Assembly (NCBI RefSeq): GCF_009834535.1
Contig: NC_045697.1
Span: 35,218,001-35,282,000, forward strand
Direction: 5' to 3'
Length of the DNA: 64,000 nucleotides
Origin: Camelus ferus
Lineage: Eukaryota
Part shown: positions 36,963-49,817 of the stretch, piece after piece
How positions within the stretch are numbered: position 1 is the stretch's first letter
How the letters are laid out: each line of letters starts with the position of its first letter
Position numbers and translations under genes: made by a program
Notes under the pieces: model-generated
Seen by the model: the letters and a program-made list of their open reading frames with translations, nothing else
Told to the model about the DNA's origin: nothing
Database searches by the model: none

Positions 36963-39900
36963 GTCAGTATTTTAAACTTTGAATTTGTTTAGCACTTTGG
37001 ATATCATAATATTTTATTTTCCTCATCTTTAGCTAACTCACATGTGGGAATGTGTCATATTAAACATCACTGATAAATTTCTGCAACATCAGAAGAGTTA
37101 TGTCTCCATGGATCCAATGATTCAAATATTAAATTTGAGAATTTGATGTCCTCCTACACGATAGTAACTTTAACACTATAAGAGCAAAAAAGTAACTAAA
37201 AGCCAGTGGTAGTTTACAGGAAGACAGACAAACCTGGTATAGGTATGCCATCCACATCACTATCAGCTAGGAGCTTGTTAGAAATGCAGATTCACGGCCC
37301 CATCCCAGACCTACTGAATTGGAATGTTTGAGTTGTGGTTCCAGGTGATTCTTACATACTGGCTTAAAGGTCAGGAGTTCCCCAGCTCCCTAAACCAGAT
37401 TTATCTTAAAATAATGGAGTGGGGATCCTTCCTTGTCCCAAATTCTATTGCCTTAGATTGTGGAGTTGAGTTTAGATTAAGTATTAAATGTGTCAGCCTC
37501 TACATCTTTAAATTAACAATAGAAATAAATGCTCATTACATTTGTTTTGTGAACTGTCTTCTTGGAATTAGAAAGTGTTCAGAAAAGGATGGTTACCTTA
37601 GGATGCCGCTACATATCCTAGAAATCTGTTCTTTAAATTAACTAGCTCCTCCTAAAATGTGACTATGATAGGAAGTTTTAGCCTTTTCACATTAGCAGAA
37701 TGAAGTACTTACTTAGACAGCATAGCAACACAACTAGTTGAGAAGAGTAGTTTTGGAGGGAAGTGGGAAGACTTTTTATGTAAAATTTTGTTTTTATTTC
37801 AAGAATTCCCAAAGAACCTCACTACAGTGTGTTACTGTGACAGGAACTTCTAAAATGCAAACAAGTCAAGACATACATCCTCTTAGACTTCTTTTAGAAC
37901 TAAATTCTTTTATAGACTAGGATTGTTTCTGTAGTATGAAATAGACATTTTAATCACATTACTTTTAAGGAAAAACTGGCACAGGGAGCTATGAATGGAG
38001 AGGTTATAGAGTCTTACTGTACTGCCCATTTTATTTCTCTTAGTTCTGTCAGTCATTTAACAAATGATTGGAGCTAGGCATTTGGGGGAGGAAGTGGAAT
38101 TATACAGATGAAATTTAAGAGCTGCTCGTAGTTCATGTGAGGAAACAATGTGAACACAATGTTGAAGCAAATAGAGAATATAATTAAACATTTAATAAGC
38201 TTCTAAGTTGTATAGTAGAGACTAAAAGAGCTGTAGGTTTTCCAGAAGAAAGATCTCTGCTGGGCTACTGTAATGAAGGAAAAATTCTGAAAAGAAGGGA
38301 ATTTTGGAAATGAGCAAGAATTAGATTAAAAGAGAAGGAAGAATATCTCAGGAAGGAAGGATTTGGTTATCAGAATAATAAGCATGACTTTTGGGAGGGA
38401 CAGTAGGAGACTGAGATGGCTGGAGTGGCAGAATTTCTCGAGTGGAAACTCCATTGAATAGGTAAGGTAGAACCAGGAGAAATGGTCGTTTTGAGTAGGT
38501 TTCAAAGAAGGCAAAATTTTGGAGCTTTTGGGTTTAAGAAGAGTAGGAGACTGGACAGCTTGAATTAAGGCAGAAGCAGTAAAAATTCAGAGGATCAAAT
38601 TGCATCTACTCACTTAGACATTTTATCTTCAGCAATGAAATCACACCACTGTTGGATTATTTTTTTTGCTTAGCTTGGGAATGCCTCGCTCCTACATGTA
38701 ACTAATTATACACATAACTGAACCAGACAGAGAAATTCCCTTTTTCTAGTTGCACATACACCCTGATAGGACTGTTGTGATATAATTAGAGTGAATCCTA
38801 CTGAAAATATTAGGGCCTAGTACTGAGGAGACAGATTATTCTTGTAGCAAAAATCCTCTTGGATTCCTAGTCACCATTTGGTGATTAATTATTTGACTTG
38901 TCATTAATGATGATTTGTGCTTCTGTGATTTCATTAGCAAAAGTCATGCCATGAGCAGCAACAGTGTTCAACGTCTTTCTCTGTAATTGTTCATAATGAC
39001 TGAGCCTGGAGCCTTTCAGTGGAATTTAGTAATCCATTTTTTAGAAAGGATAAATTGTTGAAAATGACTTAACCTAATTTGTGGAATAACATTTTCTGTT
39101 GAGTATGTCATCTTTACACCTTGGTCAGAGTTGTTTTACTGCTGAGGCTTTGATGCTTTGAGTGAAAAATAAAGAAAAGAACATTGAGTGATATGTCACT
39201 CATTTAACTATTAACCAGAATTAAGGGCTTTTGTTATTACTGAAATTGTATTGGGGTCTTATTTTTTGGGGTGAGGTATTCTAATTAAAAAGTCAATCTC
39301 AAAAAAAAAAAAATGGGAGAGACTTTAGAAAAGGAATTCAGAATCCATCAAGACATTCTGCATTTAATCCAAATGCCTAACATCTTGTATATGCTTTCAT
39401 CTACAGGGTGTCATACTCTTCCTAGTCTTAGCTGCTCCCTGTATCCTCATTCCTTTTCTATCAAAACATTTAAACATGCTCAGGTCTGTTCTAACTTGAG
39501 AACATAAAAAAGAAAAATCTTCTCTTATATCCCTTTACAGCTGCTCCCAGCTGTCTTGCGTTTGAAACCAGACTTCATAAATGAGCACTTAACTTTTTAT
39601 TTCTTTTATCCCACTGCAGTCTGTGTCATAGATTATGCGTGTATTCTAACATGTGCTAAAACTTACCAACACAGCCTCTTTGTTGCTTAAATTCAATGGA
39701 CAGTTTTTGTTTTTGACCATTATACAACTTTAACCAGTCCTTAAAATTTTACTCTTCCCTTGATTTCCATTACAGCACATTCTTCTGGTTTTTCTCCTAT
39801 CTCAGTCAACTTCTCCATTTTTTCATAAGTTTTTTGAGTGTCTGATATGCACTATACACTGTTTTTGGTATGCAATACTAAAAGACAAAAAAATCTGTGA

Positions 39901-40456
39901 ACTCTTGGTGCTTACATTCTAGTGTGAGCTCTCTTTCTCCACTTGTGGTGTTCTTCACAGTTTGACTTTGAGTTTCAGTCTATATACTATCCAGCAATAA
40001 TATGGGCTTTCGTGACCATTTATTGCTCTAAATCACATGATTTTCTCTAGCTAAGATATCTGCTCCAGAATCATAATCTGCGTATCTCCACATGGATGGC
40101 CCTCCTACAAGCTCCTCGAACATTCTAAACTGAGCTTATTTCTCCACAAATCAGTTCCTTTGTATTCCCCATGTCTGAAAGACATCACTCTCCATCCAGG
40201 AAACTGAGGCATTTTCCTTCCGTTCTATGCCTTACCTGCTTTGTTAAACAAATATTCATTCTCTAGTCCAGCTCTTAAATATCTCTGTAGACTGTCTACC
40301 TCCATCTACACTCCCATTGCAGTTAATGCAGCCGTCTGTTGCCAAGAGTATTACATTAGCTTCAACAAGTGTATTTGCCTCCCTTGCTACTTTCCTTTAG
40401 AAAATGGACTCTGGCAACTGACAAAGGACATGATGCATGTAGTAGACACCCAAGTA

Positions 40457-40933
40457 CAGGTATACCTCATTTTATTGAGCTTTGCAAATATTGTGGGTTT
40501 GTTTGTTTTAACAGATTGAAGGTTTGTGACAACCCTGCACTGAGCAAGTCTTCACTGGCACCATTTTTCCAACAGGATTTGTTCACTTTATTGTCTCTGT
40601 ATCACATTTTGGTAATTCTTGCAGTATTTCAAGCTTTTTTCATTGTATTTGTCATGGTGATTTGTGATTAGTGATCCTTGTTACTATTGCAAAAAGATTA
40701 CAGCTCACTGAAGGCTCAGATGATAGTTACCATTTTTAAGTAAGAAAGTATTTTTTAGTTAAGGTATGTACTTTGTTTTTTAGACATCGTAGTATTGCAC
40801 ATTTAATACACTACAGTATAGTGTAGACATAAATTTTATCTGCACAGGGAAACCAGAAAATCTGTGTGATTTGCTTTATTGCTTTATTTCCGTGATCTAG
40901 AACTGAACCTGCAATATCTCTGAGTTATGCCTG
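40457..40933 (+). mobile_element. Internally deleted Tigger1-type DNA transposon
   Basis: TA then caggtatacctca..., ending ...tgagttatgcctg; both TIRs present in ~480 bp. Confidence 0.8.
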
Positions 40934-41219
40934 GTTTTCATTGGGAGAATAGCAACCATCACACTGTGTTCTGTTTGTCTTCATTCACCCTCCAGAGTAT
41001 AAACTCTGCGAGGGTGACGAGTGTCTTGTTTACTGTTACATTCCTCCTTCCTAGCATGTAGTGCCTGTGTGTTACAAGTGGTCTGTAGGTATTTGGTGAC
41101 AGAATAAAGGAACAACTTTTTTGTATAAATATAGATATTATTATCATCCTCCCTTTTCTCCTCATCACCTCAGCTGTCTAAGTGAAGGAACTGAGGCTAA
41201 CAGCATAAATCAGTTCTGA

Positions 41220-42960
41220 CTGTTTTTATACTTTATATAAAATTAAATCATGCACTTATGTATACATGATACGATCTTTTGTGTACCTTCTTTCAACACT
41301 GAGATTCATCTAGTGGTATGCTGGAACTGGCTTGTACCAGCTCCAGAGAGCTGACTGTTAAAATTTCAGGAACTTGGCAAGCCAAGTTTTAAACCCTTGG
41401 TAGCTCAAAATTGGTCACAGTGCAGGTGTTTACACCACAGAAATCGACTGACATTACAAATCAGGGCTTTCTATTTGAAAAGCTGGTTTACCAGCCCATC
41501 ACAGGATTCATCCACATTTTTGCATGTGGTGGTAAATGATATATTCTCACTGCATATAGTTTTCCAGTATGTGACTGTGTCATAGCAGTTTATCCATCCT
41601 ATTGTACATTGATGATTATATAGTTTTCATTTTTGATGTTACATTTTTGATGTTCTGCCATGAATGTGATATCTCTTGGTAGACTTTTTGCTGTGTCATA
41701 GATTATGTCTATGTGTAGCTTTGCTGGATTTTCCAAACTGTTTAGATCTATTTACACTCCCACTATCAGTTTATTAGTAGAGTTCTATTTATGTCACATT
41801 GTCACCAACACTTGCTATTTTTGTGTCTTTTAAATTTTAGCCATTGTGGTAGTGGACAGTGATGCTGATTGCATTGTGGTTTTAATTTAGATCTCCCTGA
41901 TGGCTAATGAAGTTGAAGACATTTTTTGTTTATACCCCATTTGAAATATATCCTCTTTTGTGAAGTGTCTGTTCAAGCCCGTTGTCCCTATTTCCATTGG
42001 ATTGCCTTTTCCTAATAGTTTTGTTAGAGTTCTCTACGTTCTGGAAGTGAGTCTTCTGTCAGGTATATGTATTGCAGGTATTTTTTCCCACTCTGATTAG
42101 TTGTAGATCCTAATAGAGTCCAGTTTATCAAATCTTTCCTTAAGATGAGGGCTTTTCTTGGTCCCTTTAAGATCTTTGTCTATTATAAGGACGTGAAGAA
42201 TTTCTTAAGCTTTCTTTCATAAGTTTTATTGTGTTTCTCATACTTAAATTTTCAAGTCATCTGGAATCATTTTTGAATATTGTATGAGGTAGCATCAAGG
42301 TACATTTTTCTTCGTACAGATACGTGGTTGACCCAGCACTATATTTTGAAGACTGTTCTTTGTTCACTACAGTGCAGTGTTGTCATAAATCAAGTGACTG
42401 TATATGTGGGTCTGTTTCTGGACTCTTTCCTAGTTTTGGTCAGTTTGTCTATTCTTGTACTTTAAAACATACCATCTTAATGACTACCGCTTTATTGTTT
42501 ATCTTCATATCTGGTGGTAGTCATTTCTTCAGTTATATTGTTCTTCGGTGTTGCCTTGGTTTTTCTTCATCCTTTGTTTCCACATGATTTTTAAAATAAG
42601 CTTTTCAATTTAGGGGAATACTTCCTTTGCTTTTAATTGGGATTGCATTGAATTTATAGGTGAATTTATGGAGAATTACCATCTTTACAATATTTGATCT
42701 TTGAACTCATGAACATGGTACATTTCTCCTTTTATTTAGCTTTCATTTCTCTCAGTAAATTGTAGCTTTCAAGATCTTTCATACTTTTCATTAGATTTAT
42801 TACTGGGTCTTTGATGTTTTTTGGTGCTATAATAAATTGTATCTTTTTAAAAATGTTGAGTTTTTTGTCTGTTGGTATGTAGAAATAATGTGGGTTTTTT
42901 CTGTTTTTGTTTTATTTATTGACCTCGTATCAAGTGGCCTCGCTAAATTCACCTATCGTA
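41220..42960 (-). mobile_element. Old L1M fragment with nested MER63-like element (~41311-41502)
   Basis: L1 antisense motifs (cattgtggttttaatttagatctccctgatggctaatgaagttgaa; ttgggattgcattgaatttatag); nested agtggtatgctggaactggc..ccagcccatcac. Confidence 0.7.
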
Positions 42961-43374
42961 ATAGATTAGAGTTTTCTTCATATTTCTCCTGATGTTGAAT
43001 TCTCTTTTAAAGAGCTTTAGACTTCTTTGGTGTTATGGAAAGAGCCAGTGTTGTCAGATAGCATTTAGATAGTCTGTACTGATATTTTCTTGTATCTTTG
43101 GGCTGCTCAGAGCTGCTGAGAAATAGATTTATCTTAATTTATACTGCATTGCTAAACTTATTACTACTTATTACTCTCCTGTTAGAAAAGACCAAATAAT
43201 GACTAGCAGAAGTAGTTTCTTTGCATTTTTTACCATAATTTCTGTGCCATTTTCATATGTACTCTTAGCATAAACTTGGCATAAACCTATTCTTTTATCT
43301 TAATAAAAGATAAAACATCTTACTTATGTAAATATAACAATGTTACTCAGAAATGTTTACTATTTTATCTTTAG

Positions 43375-43422
43375 GAATTCTTTCAAGTCATCCGAAATAT
43401 GGTTCCATCCCTAAACTTATAT
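43375..43422 (+). CDS. OCIAD1: OCIAD1 exon 5
   Basis: GILSSHPKYGSIPKLI; tag acceptor, GTAAGT donor; 48 nt. Confidence 0.96.
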
Positions 43423-44452
43423 GTAAGTATGAACAACACTAGTTCTCTTAGCTTTTTTACCTAAGTAAAATAGCTAGCTTTTGTCAAGTGTTTTGTCTTA
43501 TCTTACTAATAACAGTTATTTGGTTATTTGCTTTGACAAATCACTTTGTTTAAGCTTTTCATAAATGGACAACTTGGGCACTTTTTTATTAGAATTAAAA
43601 ATCATGAGTTACTTGAAAGAGGCATTTTTTTTCTCTTTTTGTAATGTCATAGGACTATTAAAATAATAAATTATTTTGTAAAGATACAATATTTGAAATT
43701 AAGTTCCCTTGATCTCTGAGGAAAGAAAGTTGTCCAGCTGTTCTGATTAATCATAATAAAGTGTATTTTAAAATTAAACCTAATTTTTAAAAAACTCCTT
43801 AATTTACATTTAGTAAATAAGCATAATTTATTTACATTTATAAGCATAGCTTTCTTACATTTTATAATATTGTTAAAGATAATAAATTGCCCTAAAAAAG
43901 AGTACCTGAGGCCTTTTATGAATCTTTGCAGGGTAGTGTCTCATTTGTATTGGAAACAGACATAAGATGCAACATTAGCCACATTTAGGTAGCATTTTGG
44001 AATTCATTACTTTAAGGGATTTGTTGCACCTGATTTAGAAAACAGTCTTATGACATTAGCTAGGCAAATAGTATGATTCCTATTTTACAAGAAATGAAAT
44101 GACCTAAATCCCTGTGACTAGGCTAGAATTGTGTAGTTTTGATTCCTCACTCTATTATACTGTTACCACATGTTTCCTATCTATATTAATATATTAATTA
44201 GTAAAGTGGAATTTATTTATCCGATAGCAGCTTTATTTTAACTTATTTTGTGAAAGTGAATTATATCCACGGAATCATTCTGTGAACTTTAAATCTGATT
44301 TAATGTGGTACTTTTACCATTATTTCAGGAAATCTCAGTTCTTCCACACCAAAGACATATTTAGAGCCACATTTTTTTAAAATGTTCTTTTAGAAGAGAT
44401 ATTTATCTAAAGAGGCGCACTGAGTTACACTTTGTTTATTTTTACAAATAAG

Positions 44453-44588
44453 TTGCTTGCATCATGGGATACTTTGCTGGAAAACTTTCTTACGTGAAAA
44501 CTTGCCAAGAAAAGTTCAAGAATCTTGAGAATTCCCCTCTTGGAGAAGCTTTACGATCAGGACAGGCACGACGATCTTCACCCACTGG
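44453..44588 (+). CDS. OCIAD1: OCIAD1 exon 6
   Basis: FACIMGYFAGKLSYVKTCQEKFKNLENSPLGEALRSGQARRSSPTG; AAG acceptor, GTAGGC donor; 136 nt. Confidence 0.96.
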
Positions 44589-45490
44589 GTAGGCCAGATT
44601 CAGATTTTTATTAAAGGTTTTTTCATTTTAGCCAAAAATTGTAACTAGCTAGTACTATCTATTGCCATAATTTGGGGCATAAAACATTGCCTAACTGAAG
44701 GATCATTGGAAATTTGCCATTTTGCTGCAAGCTCAAGGTATTTTGTTTTTAAAAGTAGAACAGGATTGGTTTACTTTTGTTTCAAATATAGAGTTGCATC
44801 CTATTGGGAGTGCATGTCCCAGAATGAGAGATTTTAATTTGGCAAACATGTTTGGTTACTATACTTTGGACATTTTTTTTGTTTAATTTCCAAACTTCAG
44901 TCCCATCTCTTAACAGGTTTCAACTTTTTAGTCCTGATTGTTTAAAATTGTAGGGAAATTGTATAAACATAGATAAATGAATCTGTATGTCTGGATAGGT
45001 AGATAAATAATTAAGTGGATTTGGTAGATAAATTGTCCTGTCATAAATGGCAAGCAGCATAAACTCCATGAGAGCTAGTATTACTTACATCTGCTTTAGT
45101 AAAATAGTGTTTATTTGGACTGCTACCTGTGGCAGCAACTTCTCTGTTAATGTGGGAGATTGACACATTTTCTAATCTGAAATACTTTTTCTTTCCAAGA
45201 GCTTTAAACACAAAGTGATCTCTGGAGCAGAGTAATTAGAAAATAGGATATACATTTTTCTCTTGTATTAGGAGTGATAATTTTTAAGTTGTAAAAGTAG
45301 GTCAGGGCATATTTTTAATGTTTTTGTGGCAGAAAGAAACAGACTTCATCTTACTGGTTTAAATAACTATGTTAAAAGCATATGATTCCTTTAGAAAATA
45401 AGATAACTAATTTCATACCTTAACACACTTCTTTAAATAAGATGTAGACAGTAACCCCTGTTTCTTATACAATATGATTTTCTTTTATAG

Positions 45491-45666
45491 GCACTATTCT
45501 CAAAAGTCAAAATATGACTCAAATGTGAGTGGTCATTCATCTTTTGTGACATCCCCAGCTCCGGACAACGTAGAAAAAGAGATGCTTCCTCATTATGAGC
45601 CAATTCCATTCAGTGCTTCTATGAATGAATCTACTCCCACTGGTATTACTGATCATATTGCCCAAG
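45491..45666 (+). CDS. OCIAD1: OCIAD1 exon 7
   Basis: HYSQKSKYDSNVSGHSSFVTSPAPDNVEKEMLPHYEPIPFSASMNESTPTGITDHIAQ; 176 nt; GTAGAA donor. Confidence 0.96.
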
Positions 45667-48600
45667 GTAGAAACTTCTCTTGAAATGAATTTCAGCATTT
45701 TAGGGTCCAACGTATGTATAAACTTTATTTGATGACCTTTTCTGCTGGATATCACCTATATGTTCCACCATCAGCCTAAACTCAGTGTGTTATCTGTTCA
45801 TTTGAATTCATGCTTCATTCATTCAACATTTTGGAGGGTTCAATAGGTATCAGGCACTCTGTTAGGTATGGAAGTAAAGATGAATAAGACCTGGTTCTTG
45901 TCCCTGGGAAGCACTCTCAGTCTGCTAGAAGATAGAGAAATATAAGGATAAATTATTCAAATGTCCTGTTAATTGAAAATACTAACCAAGTTTACTGAAA
46001 TAGCAAAGAAGAAATGACAGTTTGTGCCTCAGGGAGTCTTTAAAAAGGTTACATGTGTTAGGGTAGCCTTGAAGGCCACTTCACCTTAGCTTCTTTGTAA
46101 TGTGAGAAAAATAATTACCTGCCTTACAGAACTGTTGTCAAGTGAGAAAATCCATGTGAAAGTGCTTTGTGAAGTTTGTGTAAATACTAGCTTTGAAGAT
46201 CGCATAATGTAAGTGAAACAGTATCACCTTTGAATTAAGGCCTGGATTTGAATCCTGATTGACATTTGCTAGCAATATGACTTTAGGCAAGTAACTGTAA
46301 TTTCTGATCCCTTTGGTTTCTTGATCTCTTGAATGGAGATGATAATCCATCTCTTAAAGAACTTTTGGGATGAGATGAAATAATCAGAGGTAATGCCTGG
46401 AAAGAATAGGCTCTCAACAAATGTTAGCTAGCTTGCTTGCTTGCTTCCTTCTTTTTTCCTTCAGTCTAATTTGCAGGGAAAAGTGAATTAGAAACAGAAA
46501 GTACAAGTCTGCAGTTCCTTGTCTAAAATCCTAAAATCCAAAACACTTTTTAAAAAACAGTTTTTTAAATAAATCAGTGATAAAGGCAGATCTGAACTCA
46601 TTTTAAACCCTGACCTAAAAACTGATATAACTCTGTTGTCTTTATTTATCTTAATACGTTTTTTCTAGATTTTGTTGTAGAAATATTAATGTGTATGCTA
46701 TTCATTGCTACTTCCTTCAATGTACATTAAGTAATAAGATATATACTGTAATAATTTTCTAAAATCTGAGGAACTGAATTTTTGAAACATTTCTGACTCC
46801 AAGGGTTTCAATAAGAGATTGTCGACTTTATGGAGTATTCTTTGAAAACACTTGCTTTGAAATAAGTAGACTATGCCAGTAACAATGAGGAACAAACAAG
46901 TTTAAGGGAAAATTTGGGTCTTCATTTTGTTTAAGATGGGAGAGATTTGAATCTATATGTAGGTTAAAGGGAGGGAGGGAATATAGTGGAGAGAGAGGTG
47001 TCAGTTATAGGTCAAGTAAGGTTCCATATGATGCAGAATGGGTTCTAGGTAGGTCAGGGTATAAAGTAGCCACTAGCCTATATCTGGCTGTTTAAATTGA
47101 TTAAAATTAAATCACATTGAAAATTCAGTTCCTCAGTTGCTTTGGCAGCATTTCAATTGCTCAGTAGCCGTATGTGCTAATAGCTATTGTGTTGGACTGT
47201 GCAGATACAGAACAGTCTCACCATTATAGAAAGACAGCACTGCTTTAGAGCAAAAGTTGGGGTGAGGGAGGGATGAGTAGAAGACCTTTGCAGAAGTAGC
47301 AGGAGAGAATGGAAGTTAAGGTAATTAAAGAGATTAAGTTGTTGAGAATCTCTTAATTCTCAACTTTTTGTTTTCCTGAATGGTTGGAAACAAAGACATC
47401 TGATTAGTCAGAAAGGAAAGGGGGTAGGAAGATTAGGAGAGAAGGTTAAACTCATTATTTTATCTCCAAAGTCTGCTGTCCTTGTTCCTTACTGCATCTC
47501 CCATTTTCCATCTCCCAAGTTCAGATCCATTCTACTTCTGTTCTAGTCATGCACCAACTCTTCCCTTTTAATGTCTTGCATTCTTCTTTGTTACATAATT
47601 TCTTTGCCAAATAAAACCAAAAAAGCCTTTTGGTATCTGCCCACAGACTATGGCACAGCCCATATTTTAATGTTTTAAGTCATTCACTGCAGCCATCCAT
47701 CATTCATGCTCTGCTCTTCCGACTCCTCTAAGTCAAATTTGCCACTCTTTGTCCCCCGACATGGGCCCACAGTGGCCTCCTTTGCTTTGCACTACCTGCA
47801 GTCCTCCCTTATCAGGACATCCTTCCCTTTTAAGTCCTGTTTGTCCTCTGCATTGTCTTACCAGGAATTGAAAGAGTTATTAATTTTTCAAAGTAGAAAG
47901 CACTCTTTCATAGTTGTTACGAGATTTATCATAGATAGCTTATTACAGTTAGATTTAAATCAATGCTTTTTTACATTTTCTTGTTCCTTCCAGGTCATTA
48001 TAGTCAATCATGCTCCCTATACAATGGAAGATACTTTCTTTTGGCTTTTATAAGTCGGAAAAAAGCTCTCTAATTTTCTGTCTGATTTGTTTTCATTATT
48101 TGTCACAGAATTTCAGAATGATGAAATCGTTTTCTCTTTAGTAAGAAAAAATTTTAAACCTAGAAGGAACTTTATTGATAGATCAGCTAGTTCAAACTTC
48201 CATTTTTCACAATTGATAAACTCAAGATTCAAAGAAGCTTAGTGATTTGCCCAAGGACATTGTTGGCAGAGTGGGAATGAGAACCCAGAGTCCCTAACCA
48301 CTAATCTAGCACACATGATCTCCTTCAGAATTTACAATACATCATTTGTGGTGAAGGGACATGAGTTCAGTAGTTACTTATTACTAATGAAATGCAAAGT
48401 GCTTTTAAACCCAGCATAAGATTATAATACTTTCTTTTGTATTTTTTTTAGCAAGAAAAATTTGGTTTTCAACCATGGTATATAATAGTATTAGAACTAG
48501 TTGGAAATTTAAATGCTCTGTGCTTTGTATCAGTGCAAGTATACTTTGTAGCAAAATAAAAGTTGTAGTTGAAAACATTCACTGTATAGTTATGTTGCTT

Positions 48601-49664
48601 TGAAAATTATGATTATTTACTGGGACCTTACCATTGAGTTCTTAAATAGTACCACTTACAAAGGTTTTAAAAAATATTTTAATTAATATGGCTATGTTAT
48701 TAAAATGATATGCCCAATTTCTGTGTCTCCTTAAAAACCTCTGAAAAATAATACTTTTGGAGTAGTGTGTAAGACTTTGCTAGTTAAGTAGTTCACTGAA
48801 TGTTATGTTACCATTAGTTAATTTCTTTAAAAATGTTTATATGGCCTTTCTTGCCGACTGTATGTTTTATAAACTGTGTTCAATATTTGGTCCTCTCAAC
48901 CAGTATTAAGATTAACCATTTCCTTATTTTATAATGTTTGACTCTTTGATAATATATATTCATACTTTGACTTTCTGTGGGAGAGATAAAGAATAAATGC
49001 TGGTTCCCCAGGCAAAAGTTGCTACTTTTTCTGCCTCAGTGTTGCATCCATTAGACCGGAGTGAAAATGATGCATGCTGTGATTAAAGGCTATGTTTTAT
49101 ACTTTTCAATAGCTATTTTCAAGTATTTTTGTTTAAATATAAAGAAGGTAAAATAAATTTTTTAATACCTAGAGTTGTTTGCATTATTTAGATTCTGTTT
49201 TATAGGAACACTTAATTATGGAAGTATTACTAAATAAAATTACGCTATGTCAGGTTTTGTTCAGTTGTTACTAGTAGGGTATATTTCTCTTTAATTATAT
49301 AAACTATATGAATACGTTCCTAGTTTAAAACACTAGCATTTTAATGAGTGAATTGTTTGTGCTGGTATATCTTATATCCATTCTTCTTCTGGCCATGGTT
49401 AGTTTTAAGTTTTTTTAATGTTGATTTTAAATTTTAGAAATTAAAGCTTGGAAGTGTAAGAGGAAGTAGAGTTTAGTTTTATAAGTACCTTGGGAAAAAA
49501 CAGAACCTTTGGAATGCTGGTAATAATTTGATCCTTCATTTTACTTTATTCTTTTTTTTTTTTTCTTTTTTTTTTTTGTAGGTAAGAAGCATTTATAAAA
49601 TTTAGTTGCTTTTGGATTTATTCAAATCCTTTTATCACCATTTATTAACTGTTTGTTGTTTTAG

Positions 49665-49817
49665 GACCTGATCCCAACATTGAAGAAAGTCCTAAAAGAA
49701 AAAATATTACATATGAGGAATTAAGGAATAAGAACAGAGAGTCATATGAAGTTACTTTAACACATAAGACTGACCCCTCAGTCAGGCCTATGCAGGAAAG
49801 AATGCCAAAAAAAGAAG
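49665..49817 (+). CDS. OCIAD1: OCIAD1 exon 8
   Basis: GPDPNIEESPKRKNITYEELRNKNRESYEVTLTHKTDPSVRPMQERMPKKE; 153 nt; GTATGA donor. Confidence 0.96.
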
